Source: an uncultured Thermococci archaeon (GTDB lineage Archaea; CAYQAE01; CAYVLA01). From it: a stretch of DNA of 64,000 nt. How positions within the stretch are numbered: position 1 is the first letter of the stretch; every line of letters starts with the position of its first letter. The stretch spans positions 11,112 through 75,111 of the forward strand of contig CAZJVP010000030.1 of assembly GCA_964549615.1 (NCBI GenBank), read 5' to 3'. Of this stretch, positions 1 to 11,014 are shown piece by piece. The position numbers were made by a program, and so were the translations under genes. The notes under the pieces are model-generated. The model saw only the letters and a list, made by a program, of their open reading frames with translations, did not search any database and was not told the DNA's origin.

Positions 1-305
1 ACTATCGTGATCAGCCTTATTCCCGACGACCTTTCGAGGTCCTTGAAGAGGTCCAAGTTCGCCTCGTTAACCTCGTTCGGGTAGTGGGCCTCCAAGCCCT
101 TGAGCCCATAGTCGGCCAGCGCCGCCGCCTTCTCTAGGCGCTGCTCCATTGTTAGGTCGTCCACGTATCTCTCGTGGAACCGCCCCCCGCCAGGCGCGAA
201 AAACCAGACGCCTGCCGAGAACTTGAGATCCAGCTTAAACTTCTCCAAGTGCTCTATCATCTCAGCCGGAGTGCGCCTCGTCATCTGATCCCTAAGATCG
301 ATCAT
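1..305 (-). CDS. Xylose isomerase-like TIM-barrel sugar isomerase, N-terminal part (runs off the window edge)
   Basis: My translation from the ATG at 305 gives MIDLRDQMTRR...LKFSAGVWFFAPGGGRFHERY...GLKGLEAHYPNEV, open to the edge. The KFSAGVW and GLEAHYP segments resemble the xylose/rhamnose isomerase family. Confidence 0.65.
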   Translation of the reverse strand, partial: MIDLRDQMTRRTPAEMIEHLEKFKLDLKFSAGVWFFAPGGGRFHERYVDDLTMEQRLEKAAALADYGLKGLEAHYPNEVNEANLDLFKDLERSSGIRLITI

Positions 306-494
306 GCGCGCAACCTCGGGCCGTGAAGCATCGTCTGGACTATTTAGATCTTCCCCGAGGCTGGCTTCCGTTCGCGATCCGGCCTGAGGAGCGGCTACCA
401 AGCTAGATTGGACAAAAGAGTTTTCAAATGCCGGACCGACCGGAGCATGGCCGCCCGCGACTCACGTCTTTCTGGTCGGCAGGTGTTCTGAACG

Positions 495-1940
495 ATGCAC
501 AGGGACCTGAAGAAATTGTCGGAAGAGATCTACGAGGTTCCCCTGGGTTATAAGCCCGGAATGAAGGTGCCCGGAAGGATCTATGCAGATGAGACCCTAT
601 TCAAACAAATCGAGGCTGGCACCATCGATCAGGTGGCCAACGTCGCCTGCCTGCCGGGCATACAGAGGTACTCGATGGCCATGCCCGATGCTCACTTGGG
701 TTACGGCTTCGCCATAGGCGGTGTTGCCGCGTTTGATATGGAGGAGGGGGTATTGAGTCCAGGCGGCATCGGCTACGACATCAACTGCGGGGTCAGGCTG
801 CTCAGGACGAATCTTGATCGCTCGTCGGTGGAGCCGAAGCTGGAGGCCCTCATAGAAGCCGCCTTCAGGAATGTTCCCTCGGGCCTGGGGAGCGAAGGGA
901 AGATCAAGCTCTCCCAAAGGGAGATCGACGAGGTCCTGGAGGAGGGCGCCGCATGGGCAGTGAGGCACGGATTCGGGTGGGAGCGCGACCTAGAATATAT
1001 GGAGGAGAAGGGAAGGCTGCCCGAAGCCGATGCGTCGCAGGTGAGCAGCAAAGCCAAGCAGCGCGGCATACCGCAGCTGGGAAGCCTCGGGTCCGGAAAC
1101 CATTTCCTGGAGATACAGTACGTGGACAAGATCTACGATGAGGATGCAGCGAAAGTGATGGGCATAGACCGCGTCAACCAGGTCACGACGATGATCCACA
1201 CCGGCTCTCGAGGATGCGGCCACCAGATCTGCTCCGACTACCTGCGGGTGATGGAGTCCGCGGCGAGGAAATACGGCATATCCCTGCCGGACAGGGAGCT
1301 TGCATGTGCCCCGGTCGAGTCGCCGGAGGGACGGTCGTACTTCTCGGCGATGTGCGCGGGAGCAAACTTCGCCTGGGGAAACAGGCAGATGATCATGCAC
1401 TGGGTCCGGGAGTCGTTCGAGAAGGTCTTGGGACAGAGCGCGGAGAGCCTCGAGATGGAGCTGATCTACGATGTTGCCCACAACATCGGGAAGAAGGAGA
1501 GGCACGTCGTGGATGGCCGGAAGGTCGAGCTCTGCGTGCATCGAAAGGGTGCGACTAGGAGCTTCGGCCCCGGCAGCGAGGCGATCCCATCCGACTACGC
1601 CAGAATAGGGCAACCGGTGATCATCCCCGGGGACATGGGGACCGCCTCCTACCTCCTGGTAGGCACCGAGAGGGCCATGGACGAGACCTTCGGCTCCACC
1701 TGCCACGGCGCTGGCAGATCGCTCAGCCGGGCCGAGGCAAAGAGGAGGTTCTACGGCGAGAAGGTGAGAAGCGATCTCAGGGCAAGAGGGATAATCGTCA
1801 GGGCGGCGAGCATGCCCGTGGTCGCCGAGGAGGCCCCCGGCGCCTACAAGGACATAGATAGGGTTGTCGAGGTCTGCCACAGGGCGGGCATAAGCAGGAA
1901 GGTAGCTAGGCTGCGGCCTATGGCTGTGGCCAAGGGGTAA
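495..1940 (+). CDS. rtcB: RNA-splicing ligase RtcB
   Basis: Contains [55 protein letters not shown] and EEAPGAYK motifs. No intein at the DINC site. Confidence 0.97.
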   Translation: MHRDLKKLSEEIYEVPLGYKPGMKVPGRIYADETLFKQIEAGTIDQVANVACLPGIQRYSMAMPDAHLGYGFAIGGVAAFDMEEGVLSPGGIGYDINCGVRLLRTNLDRSSVEPKLEALIEAAFRNVPSGLGSEGKIKLSQREIDEVLEEGAAWAVRHGFGWERDLEYMEEKGRLPEADASQVSSKAKQRGIPQLGSLGSGNHFLEIQYVDKIYDEDAAKVMGIDRVNQVTTMIHTGSRGCGHQICSDYLRVMESAARKYGISLPDRELACAPVESPEGRSYFSAMCAGANFAWGNRQMIMHWVRESFEKVLGQSAESLEMELIYDVAHNIGKKERHVVDGRKVELCVHRKGATRSFGPGSEAIPSDYARIGQPVIIPGDMGTASYLLVGTERAMDETFGSTCHGAGRSLSRAEAKRRFYGEKVRSDLRARGIIVRAASMPVVAEEAPGAYKDIDRVVEVCHRAGISRKVARLRPMAVAKG

Positions 1941-1959
1941 GCCGCCCGGAATCTTTGAG

Positions 1960-2871
1960 GTGATGGAAGTGTTCAAGTTCGCCGTCGACCAGGTCGAGTA
2001 CGATATCTGCGGGCTTAGGATCGGGGGACAGCCAGGGGTTAACCCCACGGTGGGCATACCCAGCATCTTCTTCACCGGCCACAGCATCGTGACCGACGAT
2101 AGGAAGGGCATCTTTGAGGAGAAGAAGGCCGAGAAGCTCGTCAACGAACTCGAGGTGCTGAAGGATCAGACGGGCATACCCTACATGTTGGACGTCGTCG
2201 GCAACTACCCCGAAGCCCTGCGGAGGTACGTCGATTGGGTGGCCGATAAGACCGAGGTTCCCTTCCTTTTGGATGGGATCACTGCATCCGTCAGGGTTCC
2301 GGTTGCCAAGCACTGCTCGGAAGTTGGCCTGGCGAAGAGGGCCATCTACAACTCCATCTCGCCCGACCACACGGAGGAGGAGGTCAAGGCCCTCAGCGAG
2401 CTGGATCTCGAGGCGTGCGTGCTGCTGACTTTCGATAAGCGGGTCATGTCCGCGGCCGGCAGGCTCGACGTCCTGGAAAAGGATCTGCTTCCCCTAGCGA
2501 AGAGGATCGGCTTCAAGAAGTTCCTGGTCGACACCATGGTTCTGGACGTACCGAGCATTGGGACGGCGAGCAAGGCATGCTACATGGTCAAAGAACGGTT
2601 CGGCCTGCCGGTCGGCTGCGGAGCCAGCAACGCGACCACCCAGTGGGAGAAGGTGAGGTCGGATCGCGATGTCTACAGGTCGGCCCACATTGCCTCAACG
2701 ATCACATCGGTGGTGCTGGGAGCAGACTTCGTCATGTACGGCCCGGTGGGCTACGCACCGTGGGTGACGTGGGCGATCGCCGCGGTGGATGCGTTCGCTG
2801 CCTACCAGAACAGGTGGGAGTATAACACCAGGGCGTCGCCCGGCCATCCTCTGACCAAGATCTTCAGATAG
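1960..2871 (+). CDS. mtrH: MtrH/MtgA-like pterin:corrinoid methyltransferase (stand-alone)
   Basis: Contains FKF..Q....I.G..IGGQPG.NPTV..SIF..GH, AIYNSI, GLPVGCG, GADFVMYGP and a C-terminal HPLTKIF, typical of the MtrH family. Confidence 0.85.
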   Translation: MMEVFKFAVDQVEYDICGLRIGGQPGVNPTVGIPSIFFTGHSIVTDDRKGIFEEKKAEKLVNELEVLKDQTGIPYMLDVVGNYPEALRRYVDWVADKTEVPFLLDGITASVRVPVAKHCSEVGLAKRAIYNSISPDHTEEEVKALSELDLEACVLLTFDKRVMSAAGRLDVLEKDLLPLAKRIGFKKFLVDTMVLDVPSIGTASKACYMVKERFGLPVGCGASNATTQWEKVRSDRDVYRSAHIASTITSVVLGADFVMYGPVGYAPWVTWAIAAVDAFAAYQNRWEYNTRASPGHPLTKIFR

Positions 2872-2885
2872 GAGTTCGCTGGGAG

Positions 2886-3701
2886 GTGGCGAGCTTGGAT
2901 CAAAAGGCGGGGTTCGGAGACAGGGATATTGGCATATACTATTGGGCGAAAGGAAGGAAGCTTGCGCAGATCTCCATGATCCTCAAGGACGTGCCGGGTG
3001 CCCAGAGCAGGGTTCTGTCCATTCTCGCCGAGCACGGGATCGACCTGAAGCTCGGTTGGTTTGACACCACGGAGCGCGGGGTGAAGGGCAGGTACAGCGC
3101 GTTCGTGGACGTCACAGGGTCGGACGCCGACGTCAAGCAGATCCGCGAAGAGATCATGGCGACCAAGCTCGTCTATCAGATGGAAATCCAGACGGCCAAG
3201 GATGTCATCTTCGATGCTCACTTCAGGGGGCTACGCATGACCGATCGCGACATCTTCCCCATCGGCCTGAGCGAGTGGTCGGAGATGAAACGCAACGTCA
3301 ACCCAAAGGTGCTCAGGAACATGGGACGATCGGTTGGCGAGGTCATCGTGGACTACTGGCTCGACGTCATAGGCGACCTGAGCAACAGCCTTTCGCTCTG
3401 GGAGCGAATACTGGAGTCAAGATCGATAGGGGATCGCGTGACGATAGACGTCAGCAAGGGGTTGGTGGTGATCGAGAACTGCTTCGCCTCCCGGGAATAC
3501 CGGGCCGGCCGGCCGTCCTGCTACGAGGTGTGCGGCATACTGGAGGCTATACTCTCCCACATCCTGGTGGAGAAGGTGAAGGTCGAGGAAGTCGAGTGCC
3601 TCGCCAATTACCAGCAGAGATGCGTTTTCAAGATGGATCTAACCTCGACCAAGAAACTGAGGGAATTCGAGAAGATAAGTGAAAGGCTGGATAGCCTGTA
3701 G
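2886..3701 (+). CDS. ACT-domain + V4R-domain ligand-sensing protein
   Basis: N-terminal ACT-like LKDVPGAQSRVLSILAEHGIDL; C-terminal V4R pattern NCF..., SCY.VCGILE..., EEVECLA....C.F. Confidence 0.75.
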   Translation: MASLDQKAGFGDRDIGIYYWAKGRKLAQISMILKDVPGAQSRVLSILAEHGIDLKLGWFDTTERGVKGRYSAFVDVTGSDADVKQIREEIMATKLVYQMEIQTAKDVIFDAHFRGLRMTDRDIFPIGLSEWSEMKRNVNPKVLRNMGRSVGEVIVDYWLDVIGDLSNSLSLWERILESRSIGDRVTIDVSKGLVVIENCFASREYRAGRPSCYEVCGILEAILSHILVEKVKVEEVECLANYQQRCVFKMDLTSTKKLREFEKISERLDSL

Positions 3702-3706
3702 GTGAG

Positions 3707-5005
3707 ATGATGCGCACCATCAACATAGGCATGGTGGGCCTGGGCACGGTGGGGGGCGCCACATACTCGATCCTTCAGGGCCAAAAGAAACGACTGGAGT
3801 CAAGGATAGGGGCAGGCCTTGAGGTCAGGAAGGTGGCGGACAAGAGGCCCGAGACGAGGGCGAAGTTCGACGTCCCGAGAACCGTCTTCACCACGGACGC
3901 GCAGGACGTCCTTGACGATGAACGGATAGACATAGTCGTCGAGCTCATCGGAGGGCTTGAGCCGGCAAGATCCTTCATGATGAAGGCGCTCGAATCCGGC
4001 AAGACGGTGGTGACGGCTAACAAGGAGGTGCTGGCTCGAAGCGGGGCCGAACTCGTCGCCCTTGCCCGCCGGAACGGCGTGGGGCTCTACTTTGAGGCTT
4101 CCGTTTGCGCCGGCGTTCCCCTCCTGCGCGGCATACATCAGGGGCTTGCCGGAAACAATATCTCGGAGATCTACGGGATCGTGAACGGAACCACGAACTA
4201 CATCCTGAGCAAGATGAGCTTGGAGGGCATGGAATTCAGCGAAGCGCTCAGTAAAGCGACCAAGATGGGATACGCAGAGGCCGACCCGTCCTACGACATC
4301 GACGGGCTGGATGCGGCCCACAAGATCGCCATCCTAGCGTCCATAGCATTCGGCAAGTGGGTTACCGTCGACATGGTCTTCAAAGAGGGGATAAGGCACG
4401 TTGCCCAGAGGGACATAGGGTACGCTAGGGAACTGGGCTACGCCATCAAGCTCCTCGCCATCGGGAAGAAGACGGCCAAGGGCCTAGAGGTCAGGGTACA
4501 CCCGACCCTGATACCCAAGGACCATCTGCTCGCCTCGGTCATCGACATATACAACGCAGTCTTCGTCAACACCGATTGCGCCGGGCCGACGGTCTTCTAC
4601 GGCACGGGCGCCGGAGGCCCAAGCGCGGCGAGCGCGGTCGTTGCGGACATACTCGACGCGTCAAGGTCCATCCTCTCCAACTCGAGGATGGGCTTTGAGA
4701 GCGGACTTGGGATCGAGGCCACGAACGACGTCGTCGATATAGGAAGCCTCGTGACGAAGTACTACATCAGGCTCAGGGTCATCGACAGGCCGGGTGCCCT
4801 AGCAAGCATAGCCGGCGTCTTCGGCCAGGAGAAGATAAGCCTTGCAAGCGTGCGGCAGACGGAGGAGCGGAAGAAGGTGGTTGACCTGGTCTTCATGACC
4901 CACGAGGCCCTTGAGAGCAACGTGAGGAAGGCCTTGGCGCGCATAGCCGATCTCGAGGTCGTAAAGGAGGTCAGCTCTTGCATGAGGGTCGAGGACCGGA
5001 TTTGA
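3707..5005 (+). CDS. hom: Homoserine dehydrogenase (with C-terminal ACT domain)
   Basis: GLGTVG NAD-binding motif, [40 protein letters not shown], and [10 protein letters not shown] in the ACT domain. Confidence 0.95.
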   Translation: MMRTINIGMVGLGTVGGATYSILQGQKKRLESRIGAGLEVRKVADKRPETRAKFDVPRTVFTTDAQDVLDDERIDIVVELIGGLEPARSFMMKALESGKTVVTANKEVLARSGAELVALARRNGVGLYFEASVCAGVPLLRGIHQGLAGNNISEIYGIVNGTTNYILSKMSLEGMEFSEALSKATKMGYAEADPSYDIDGLDAAHKIAILASIAFGKWVTVDMVFKEGIRHVAQRDIGYARELGYAIKLLAIGKKTAKGLEVRVHPTLIPKDHLLASVIDIYNAVFVNTDCAGPTVFYGTGAGGPSAASAVVADILDASRSILSNSRMGFESGLGIEATNDVVDIGSLVTKYYIRLRVIDRPGALASIAGVFGQEKISLASVRQTEERKKVVDLVFMTHEALESNVRKALARIADLEVVKEVSSCMRVEDRI

Positions 5006-6096
5006 AGGGGACCTGGGCGGGCGTCATAAGGGCCTACTCTAGCTTCCTTCCCGTCACCGATTCGACCCCAGTGATAACCCTCAACGAGGGCAACACGCCG
5101 CTTGTTCCGTCGGTCTACCTCGGCCCCCGCGCAGGCATCGATCTTTACTTTAAACTGGAGGGGCTCAACCCGACGGGGTCATTCAAGGACCGTGGCATGA
5201 CGGTTGCGGTCTCAAAGGCGGTCGAGCAGGGCTCGGACATGGTCATGTGCGCCTCGACCGGGAATACCTCCGCGTCCGCGGCCGCCTACGCGGCGCGGGC
5301 CGGCATCCGCTGCGCCGTGTGCATCCCGAAGGGTGCGATAGCGAAGGGGAAGCTGGCCCAGGCACTCGTGCACAATGCAACCGTGATCGCGGTCGACGGA
5401 AATTTCGACGATGCGCTCAGGATCGTGCGCGCCATCACGGACCAGTATCCCGTGACGCTGGTCAACTCCTTGAACCCATTCAGGATAGAGGGCCAGAAGA
5501 CGGGGGCCTTCGAGGTGTGCGACCAGCTCGGTCGCAACCCGGATGTGCTGTGCATCCCGGTGGGAAACGCCGGCAACATAACCGCCTACTGGAAGGGCTT
5601 CAAGGAGTACATGGCCGCCGGGAAGGTGCAAGGCCGGCCCAGGATGCTAGGGTTCCAAGCGGCAGGCGCGGCACCGATAGTCCTGGGCAGGATCGTGGAG
5701 AAACCAGAAACGATCGCGACCGCCATAAGGATCGGCAATCCCGCGAGCTGGAAACAGGCCACGGAAGCGGCCCGCGAGTCGAACGGGTCCATCACAGCGG
5801 TGACGGATGAGGAGATAACGAAGGCCTACAAGGCTCTCGCCTCCAAGGAGGGGCTTTTCGTCGAGCCGGCCTCAGCCGCATGCGTCGCAGGGGTGGCAAA
5901 GGCGTTGGAACGAGGCGAGATCGAAAGCGGGGCCACCGTGGTCTGCGTGCTGACGGGGCATGGGCTCAAGGATCCGGACATGGCGATCACCATCATACCG
6001 GAGCCCAAGATCCTTCCTCCGAGCGTCGAGGAAGTCGCCCAATACCTTGGCCTCCGTGATCGGAGAGTCATGCATCGGGCAGCTGATGCAACCTGA
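5002..6096 (+). CDS. thrC: Threonine synthase
   Basis: [24 protein letters not shown] (PLP lysine), [10 protein letters not shown] and PVGNAGN motifs. The TTG start overlaps the hom stop. Confidence 0.95.
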   Translation: MKGTWAGVIRAYSSFLPVTDSTPVITLNEGNTPLVPSVYLGPRAGIDLYFKLEGLNPTGSFKDRGMTVAVSKAVEQGSDMVMCASTGNTSASAAAYAARAGIRCAVCIPKGAIAKGKLAQALVHNATVIAVDGNFDDALRIVRAITDQYPVTLVNSLNPFRIEGQKTGAFEVCDQLGRNPDVLCIPVGNAGNITAYWKGFKEYMAAGKVQGRPRMLGFQAAGAAPIVLGRIVEKPETIATAIRIGNPASWKQATEAARESNGSITAVTDEEITKAYKALASKEGLFVEPASAACVAGVAKALERGEIESGATVVCVLTGHGLKDPDMAITIIPEPKILPPSVEEVAQYLGLRDRRVMHRAADAT

Positions 6097-7483
6097 ACTC
6101 CCGGTGGATGGACAGAACGACCCTAGCGGAGTCCTGCTTTCTGACCAAGAAGGAGATATTCATCTCCGATGAGCCCTGCGCAATCATGATCACGCTCGCG
6201 CCAGCGTCCGCAACCGCCTTGAAGACTCGGGCTGCGACGCCCGGGGTGCCCTTCATCCCGGAACCGACGACCGACACTATCGAGACATCCTCGTCGAAGG
6301 CGATCTCCCTTACGGCTGCATCGCCCCTGAAGGCGGAAGAGAGAATCCTGCGGCAGGCAGGTATGTCCGACAGCTTGACGGCTATGGTTATGTTGGTCTC
6401 CGAGGAGCTCTGGGAGATCATCATCACGTTCACCTTCCCCCTCGCGAGCGACTTGAAAACCTTGGCCGCGACGCCGGGCAGGCCGACCATGCCGGTGCCC
6501 GAAACCGATATCAGGCCGACGTCGTCCATGCTGGTCACGGCTTTGACAGCGCCCGGGACCTGCGTCGTCCCGTTGCTGATGAGGGTCCCGCTTCGGTCTG
6601 GGGCCGTTGCGTCCTTCACCCTGATCGATATCCCAGCCTGCATCGCAGGCCCCATGGTCCTAGGGTGGAGGACCTTCGCGCCGAAGTAGGCGAGCTCGGC
6701 AGCCTCCGCGTAGGAGATGAAGGGTATCGTCTTTGCCTCGCTCACGACCTTTGGATTGGCGGTCATTATGCCTCCTACGTCCTTCCATATCCAGATCTCG
6801 TCGACCCCAAGGCATGCACCAAGGATGGATGCCGTATAATCCGACCCACCCCTGCCGAGGGTCGTGATCGCGCCGGACTCGTCCTGGGCAGCGAACCCGG
6901 TTACGACCGGGGTGATGCCCTCTGAAATGAGGGACTCCAAGCGGCTCTTGATGGTGGTCCTGCAGACATCCATCTTCGGCATGGCATCCCCGAAGTTGGA
7001 GTCGGTCACTATCCCTGCCTCGCCGCCGGTCAGGTCAACGGCTCGAACGCCCAAAGACGACAATGCGGCGGCAAAGATGGGGGTTGAGAGGCGCTCGCCC
7101 ATCGACGCTATCCTGTCCATCGTCCTAGCCGAAGCATCCTTCCCAGCGATGTGCGCAAGATCCGTCTTCAGGAGCGCAACGAGACTCCTCAGCTTCGACG
7201 AGATCTCCTTCGCACCCGGATCCGCTACCTCCCTTGCCACTGAGATGTGATCCTCCAGAAGGCGATCGCAGAACTGGTCGATCACCGCTCGCGCGTCAGA
7301 TCGCTTGGCCGTTTCGAGATCCTTCGCCACCTTGAGGAGTCGGTCAGTAATGCCCGAGAGGGCCGAGGTGACGACAACGACCTGGTCGCCGCGCTCCACC
7401 TGCCTCTTCACCAGTCGCGCGCACTGCTTGATGCTGTCCGCCGAATTGAGCAACCCGCCACCAAACTTCATGGTCAACTTCAT
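6068..7483 (-). CDS. lysC: Aspartate kinase
   Basis: [37 protein letters not shown] and two C-terminal ACT domains. Confidence 0.95.
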   Translation of the reverse strand: MKLTMKFGGGLLNSADSIKQCARLVKRQVERGDQVVVVTSALSGITDRLLKVAKDLETAKRSDARAVIDQFCDRLLEDHISVAREVADPGAKEISSKLRSLVALLKTDLAHIAGKDASARTMDRIASMGERLSTPIFAAALSSLGVRAVDLTGGEAGIVTDSNFGDAMPKMDVCRTTIKSRLESLISEGITPVVTGFAAQDESGAITTLGRGGSDYTASILGACLGVDEIWIWKDVGGIMTANPKVVSEAKTIPFISYAEAAELAYFGAKVLHPRTMGPAMQAGISIRVKDATAPDRSGTLISNGTTQVPGAVKAVTSMDDVGLISVSGTGMVGLPGVAAKVFKSLARGKVNVMMISQSSSETNITIAVKLSDIPACRRILSSAFRGDAAVREIAFDEDVSIVSVVGSGMKGTPGVAARVFKAVADAGASVIMIAQGSSEMNISFLVRKQDSARVVLSIHREFRLHQLPDA

Positions 7484-8706
7484 TCTTTTCCCTCCAGTTC
7501 ACGCAGCTCTTCCTGGAGCGCTGGCAGGAAGACGCCTACGTCCGATACGACGCCAAGCACCTGGGCCGACCCCCGATCCAGAAGTTTGGTGACGGCCGAC
7601 GTGCTGATGTCCACACAAACCGTCCTGACCGCGGATGGCAGGAGGTTGCCGACGGCGATGGAATGGAGCATCGTAGCGAACATCATCACCATCTCGGCTC
7701 CCCTGAGTGCCTCCCTCATCCTCTTCTGGGCCTCCATCACGTCCGTCACCACATCGGGCAGGGGGCCGTCATCCCTTATGGAGCCCGCCAGTACGAATGG
7801 CACGTTGTTCCTGACGCATTCGTACATTATGCCGCTCTTCAGGACCCCGGCCTCCACGCAGGCTCGAAGGCTTCCATGCTTTCTGACCTCGTTTATGGCC
7901 ATAAGGTGGTGGCTGTGGCCTCCCTTGTGTCTCTCCGCAGTCGAGATGTCGGTGCCAAGCGAGGTCCCGAAAAGCGCACACTCGACATCGTGGGCCGCCA
8001 GCGCATTCCCGGCCAAGAGACAGCCGACGAACCCACGCCTTATCATCCAGGCTAGGGAGGGTGCCGCGCCGGTGTGCACGACCGCCGGTCCGGCAACGAC
8101 GACGACCTTTGCATTACGGCTGCGCAGCTCGTAGATATCCCGGGCTAAGCGCGAGACAACGGTGGCCACGGGCTTCTCCGAACTGGCGGTGCTCGTCATG
8201 AACTCGAATATGCCCGTCGACTGCCTCGGACGCTCGGGCGGTATGACCCTGACCCCCTGGTTCCCGACCACAACCCGATCGCCCTTCTTGACGTCCGACA
8301 TGGGCACGCACATGGCCTTCCCGTCCTTGAGGACTATGGCACAGTCCATCTCTATGTCGGAAGCCTCCACCCACCGGCCGCCGAGGTTGACGAAGGTCGC
8401 GTGGTTGGTCGTCGAGTAGAACCCTGACGGCAAGACACCGTCGCGGGGAGCTGGCTCGGTCCTCACGGGTTCCATCTCCGGCAGCGCGGCACCGAGTTCC
8501 CTCAGCTCGCTCAGCAGTCTGTCAAGATGCTTCCGATCCCTTCCCTTGATCAGCATCCTGACGAATGATCTCTCCGTCTTCTTCTTGCCGACGTTGAACT
8601 CCAGGAACTCGAAGTCCCCGTCAAGGTCCATGATAAGGTCCAATGCCTTGGGAAGGATCCAGCTATCGATTATGTGGCCTTCTAGGACGATCTCCTTGAC
8701 CTCCAT
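7480..8706 (-). CDS. TIGR00300-family protein (LOR/SDH-like, ornithine cyclodeaminase of the AgrE/ArgZ C-terminal type)
   Basis: LEGHIIDS, GFYSTTNH, EMDC, FEFM.S..SSEKP, GPAVVHTG, LAGSIRDDGPLPD and TMLHSIAVGN motifs. Confidence 0.85.
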   Translation of the reverse strand: MEVKEIVLEGHIIDSWILPKALDLIMDLDGDFEFLEFNVGKKKTERSFVRMLIKGRDRKHLDRLLSELRELGAALPEMEPVRTEPAPRDGVLPSGFYSTTNHATFVNLGGRWVEASDIEMDCAIVLKDGKAMCVPMSDVKKGDRVVVGNQGVRVIPPERPRQSTGIFEFMTSTASSEKPVATVVSRLARDIYELRSRNAKVVVVAGPAVVHTGAAPSLAWMIRRGFVGCLLAGNALAAHDVECALFGTSLGTDISTAERHKGGHSHHLMAINEVRKHGSLRACVEAGVLKSGIMYECVRNNVPFVLAGSIRDDGPLPDVVTDVMEAQKRMREALRGAEMVMMFATMLHSIAVGNLLPSAVRTVCVDISTSAVTKLLDRGSAQVLGVVSDVGVFLPALQEELRELEGKE

Positions 8707-8707
8707 T

Positions 8708-9976
8708 CTACTCGCCTCGCAGTCGTTGGGTGAGCATGGCTATCTCCGCATCGGCCATGCCGAGTGATCTGAGCATTGACTCAGCCATCTCCGGACGCTT
8801 GTCGTGGATGACTTTTAGATACGGCATGAAGTCGGAAAGCACGGTCCTCGTGGACATGTGGCATCTCGCCCCTATCGTCCGAAGCGCGTCCATGACAGAG
8901 GCTTCGCCCTCCGTCACCTTCGCCTGGGCAAGAGACGCGAGCACGGACATCCTTGCCCGGTGTTGAACGTACGCCCGGGGCGGAACGTACCGGTACGGCC
9001 CGAGGGATCCCCGCCCCGCCTCCGCGATTGACCCGACGCCCCGGGTCATGATGTCCGTGGCGTATCCCCAGAAGCCCCAATGCATCCTGCGATACACTCG
9101 CGCGAGCTGGATGTCGGCCAACGACGCCATCTCGTAGGCGTAAGCGCGGCTAGCGTCGTCGGCGTAACGCACCGGGATGTTCTCAGCTATCCATTCGAGC
9201 AGCTGCTCGGGCGGAAGGTCAAGGTCCCTCGCGTACTCCGCTGCCTCACGGTAGCCGTCGAAGATCATGTCCAAGGCCCGGAAGATGCTGCCTTCGCCTT
9301 TCCTCTTCTGCGGCACGCGCACGGACTCCCTGGAGACCTTTCCATCAATCGACACCGCCTCCAGGTCATTTATCGCAGACCGGAGGTCTCCCTCTGCCCT
9401 CTCGGCCATCAGGTTGAGGGCTAGGAAGTCCGGCTCAACACCTTCCTTGCGCGAGATCTCGCGCAGCACTGCCGCTATCGCGTCCTTCCTCGTCTTGCCG
9501 AACTGGATCGGCTTAGCCATGCTCCTTAGATACCTGAGCTTGGGTGAGTAGAGATCGTTGCAGATCAGGATGATGGGATTGACCGTGTTCCTCACCATCT
9601 CGCACAATGCCCGAACACCGCCCTTGTCCTCGGTTCCGCTCATGCCGTCGACCTCATCGATGACGTAGAGCTTCAGCGGCTTGCCTGAGAAGCTGTACCT
9701 GGTCCTGCACGACCTGGACACCTCCTCCAGGCTTGACTGCGACCTCTTGTCGCTCGCATTGATCTCCAAGACGTCCCAGTTCATCTCAGCTCCCAGGGCC
9801 AATGCCGCCGTCGTCTTCCCGGTTCCCGCTGGTCCGAAGAGTAGGATCGCCTTCTGTCTGGGAGTCCCCTTTGACCATTCCTTGGCCCACTTCCGCATCT
9901 GGGCGACTGCCTCGTCCTGTCCCCGAACCTCGGAGAGAAGCCTCGGCCGGTGCTTCTCAGCCCACAATTCATTCAC
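8708..9976 (-). CDS. rfcL: Replication factor C large subunit
   Basis: LWAEKHRP, Walker A GPAGTGKT, EINASDKR, IDEVDG, GDLRSAINDL and WIAENIP motifs. Confidence 0.93.
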   Translation of the reverse strand: MNELWAEKHRPRLLSEVRGQDEAVAQMRKWAKEWSKGTPRQKAILLFGPAGTGKTTAALALGAEMNWDVLEINASDKRSQSSLEEVSRSCRTRYSFSGKPLKLYVIDEVDGMSGTEDKGGVRALCEMVRNTVNPIILICNDLYSPKLRYLRSMAKPIQFGKTRKDAIAAVLREISRKEGVEPDFLALNLMAERAEGDLRSAINDLEAVSIDGKVSRESVRVPQKRKGEGSIFRALDMIFDGYREAAEYARDLDLPPEQLLEWIAENIPVRYADDASRAYAYEMASLADIQLARVYRRMHWGFWGYATDIMTRGVGSIAEAGRGSLGPYRYVPPRAYVQHRARMSVLASLAQAKVTEGEASVMDALRTIGARCHMSTRTVLSDFMPYLKVIHDKRPEMAESMLRSLGMADAEIAMLTQRLRGE

Positions 9977-10932
9977 CCGAGCGAGCAGATCTGAGCGACC
10001 AAGCTCTCACACTGCAACAGATCGTTGCTCCCCTCAACGAGCCTGAACTCGTACTCGGCCAACAACTTCAGAAGGTCTGCCAGCTTTTCCCTCTCGATCT
10101 CCATCCGCAGGGCCTCGCGGTGCATCTGGCTCACGAGATCCACCCCCGACAGCCCCTGTTCGATCATGATCGTCCTCAGCTGCTGCCGCGCCTTGTCGAA
10201 ATTGCCCTGCAGGCTCAGGGCGAGGAGGTGCCTTATGTCGCCCGGATTGGCCTCTCCGGATATCTTGTAGATCATCTCGCTAGTGATCCTTTCCCCAAAG
10301 GAATGGGCCGCCTGCAGCAGGTTGGTCGCCTGCCTCATGTCGCCCTGGGAAACGTAGAAGATGGCATCCAGCGCGGCTTCGTCGACATCCAGCCCTTCCG
10401 CCATCGCTATGCGCCTGAGAACCGGGATCAAGTCTTCGCGTTTGAGGGGGGTGAACCTCAGGATGACGCACCGCGACTGGATGGGGGGAATGAGTTTGCT
10501 CGAGTAGTTGCACGAGAGTATGAATCTGCTCGTCGCAGTGTACTGCTCCATTTCCCTCCGAAGGGCGTGTTGGCTGTCGCTCGTGATGTTATCAACCTCG
10601 TCGAGAAACACTATCCTGAACGGAGAACCACCCAGAACCATCGAGCGGCAGAAGGTCTTGATCTTGGTGCGGACGACGTCGATCCCCCTCTCGTCTGACG
10701 CGTTTAACTCAAGGAAGTTGTTTCTCCAGTCATCGCCAAGGATCTTCCGAGCGAGGATCAGGGCGCACGTGGTCTTGCCGACGCCGGCCGGCCCCGCGAA
10801 TATCAGGTGCGACATCCTTTTTTGAGACACGAATGAAGAGAGGATCCGCACGACATCGGCCTGTCCGGCGACCTGCGCGAGCTCTGTAGGTCGGTACTTC
10901 TCGATCCAAGGCAGCTCGCTCTGCAACTGCAT
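9973..10932 (-). CDS. rfcS: Replication factor C small subunit
   Basis: PWIEKYRP, GPAGVGKTT, ELNASDERGIDVVR, LDEVD and IQSRC motifs. Start placed at the ATG at 10932. No intein. Confidence 0.95.
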   Translation of the reverse strand: MQLQSELPWIEKYRPTELAQVAGQADVVRILSSFVSQKRMSHLIFAGPAGVGKTTCALILARKILGDDWRNNFLELNASDERGIDVVRTKIKTFCRSMVLGGSPFRIVFLDEVDNITSDSQHALRREMEQYTATSRFILSCNYSSKLIPPIQSRCVILRFTPLKREDLIPVLRRIAMAEGLDVDEAALDAIFYVSQGDMRQATNLLQAAHSFGERITSEMIYKISGEANPGDIRHLLALSLQGNFDKARQQLRTIMIEQGLSGVDLVSQMHREALRMEIEREKLADLLKLLAEYEFRLVEGSNDLLQCESLVAQICSLG

Positions 10933-11014
10933 CACCCGGGCCGCGGACTCTTGGGCGGCCCAAATAAAAATGGGTCCCGTCATCTTCCAACCGGGTAGCC
11001 GATTTGAGGCCCCT

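Noticed and set aside
990-2144. Long antisense ORFs such as this one, 7247-8134 and 51155-52132
   Set aside because: They are shadow frames of well-supported genes in high-GC DNA and show no motifs of their own.
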